From the NCBI GenBank assembly GCA_002269645.1, contig NIVC01002907.1:1-64000 (forward strand): a DNA stretch of 64,000 bases. Reading direction: 5' to 3'. The notes beneath the pieces are model-generated. The model did no database searches. It saw only the letters and a program-made list of their open reading frames with translations, and was not told the origin of the DNA. The position numbers were made by a program, and so were the translations under genes. This DNA is from Macrostomum lignano (lineage: Eukaryota). Positions 62,710 through 64,000 of this stretch are shown here, piece after piece (within the stretch, counting starts at the first letter, position 1; the number at the start of each line of letters is the position of its first letter).

Positions 62710-64000
62710 CATTAAGACACGAAACAGACATCAGGCATATCAAAAGACACGAAACAGACATCAGGCATATCAAAAAGACACGAAACAGACATCAGGCATA
62801 TCAAAAAGACACGAAACAGACATCAGGCATATCAAAAAGACACGAAACAGACATCAGGCATATCAAAAGACACGAAACAGACATCAGGCATATCAAAAGA
62901 CACGAAACAGACATCAGGCATATCAAAAGACACGAAACAGACATCAGGCATATCAAAAGACACGAAACAGACATCAGGCATATCAAAAAGACACGAAACA
63001 GACATCAGGCATATCAAAAGACACGAAACAGACATCAGGCATATCATAAAGACACGAAACAGACATCAGGCATATCATAAAGACACGAAACCAGACATCA
63101 GGCATATCATAAAGACACGAAACAGACATCAGGCATATCATAAAGACACGAAACCAGACATCAGGCATATCATAAAGACACGAAACCAGACATCAGGCAT
63201 ATCATAAAGACACGAAACCAGACATCAGGCATATCTAAAGACACGAAACAGACATCAGGCATATCATAAAGACACGAAACCAGACATCAGGCATATCATA
63301 AAGACACGAAACCAGACATCAGGCATATCATAAAGACACGAAACCAGACATCAGGCATATCATAAAGACACGAAACCAGACATCAGGCATATCATAAAGA
63401 CACGAAACCAGACATCAGGCATATCATAAAGACACGAAACCAGACATCAGGCATATCATAAAGACACGAAACCAGACATCAGGCATATCTAAAGACACGA
63501 AACCAGACATCAGGCATATCATAAAGACACGAAACCAGACATCAGGCATATCATAAAGACACGAAACCAGACATCAGGCATATCATAAAGACACGAAACC
63601 AGACATCAGGCATATCATAAAGACACGAAACCAGACATCAGGCATATCATAAAGACACGAAACCAGACATCAGGCATATCATAAAGACACGAAACCAGAC
63701 ATCAGGCATATCATAAAGACACGAAACCAGACATCAGGCATATCATAAAGACACGAAACCAGACATCAGGCATATCATAAAGACACGAAACCAGACATCA
63801 GGCATATCATAAAGACACGAAACCAGACATCAGGCATATCTAAAGACACGAAACCAGACATCAGGCATATCATAAAGACACGAAACCAGACATCAGGCAT
63901 ATCATAAAGACACGAAACCAGACATCAGGCATATCATAAAGACACGAAACCAGACATCAGGCATATCATAAAGACACGAAACCAGACATCAGGCATATCA
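62710..64000. repeat. 30-32-bp satellite (gacacgaaaccagacatcaggcatatcataaa), running off the window end
   Basis: Direct tandem repeats, increasingly homogeneous towards the right. Confidence 0.92.

Noticed and set aside
44767-63168. Repeat-peptide ORFs at 44767, 53731, 58545 and 62577
   Set aside because: Minisatellites with unit lengths divisible by three, open in several frames.
51990-64000. CRISPR-like appearance of the regular repeats
   Set aside because: No unique spacers, no cas genes, and a eukaryotic context.

Overview
Eukaryotic (metazoan) genomic DNA with spliceosomal introns and very dense minisatellites. Its style resembles a flatworm such as Macrostomum, which is inference only. 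Genes reconstructed by hand from splice sites and motifs: Sec24A/B-like (- strand, 5 exons, probably continuing left of the window), intronless NF-YB, a two-RRM protein whose first intron holds a 5.8-kb LOA/R1-type LINE inserted in a satellite, two orphan gene models (one poly-Q), intronless FAM78-like, hnRNP K-like, and ANAPC13-like. The last two look like an operon: the hnRNP K poly(A) signal lies about 100 nt before an orphan 3' splice site. Mobile DNA: a Mutator-type foldback element (9-bp TSD), a Merlin deletion derivative, hAT MITEs (8-bp TSD), a GGCAAT-ended MITE, an old foldback, mariner and RTE remnants, and five copies of a tRNA-derived SINE. Several tandem arrays are visibly seeded from TE sequence, including about 50 copies of the SINE Pol III A-box head just upstream of hnRNP K. 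A 2-kb duplication rich in 1-bp deletions and several single-base frameshifts in conserved genes suggest long-read assembly errors. All coordinates were counted by hand and may be off by a few bases.
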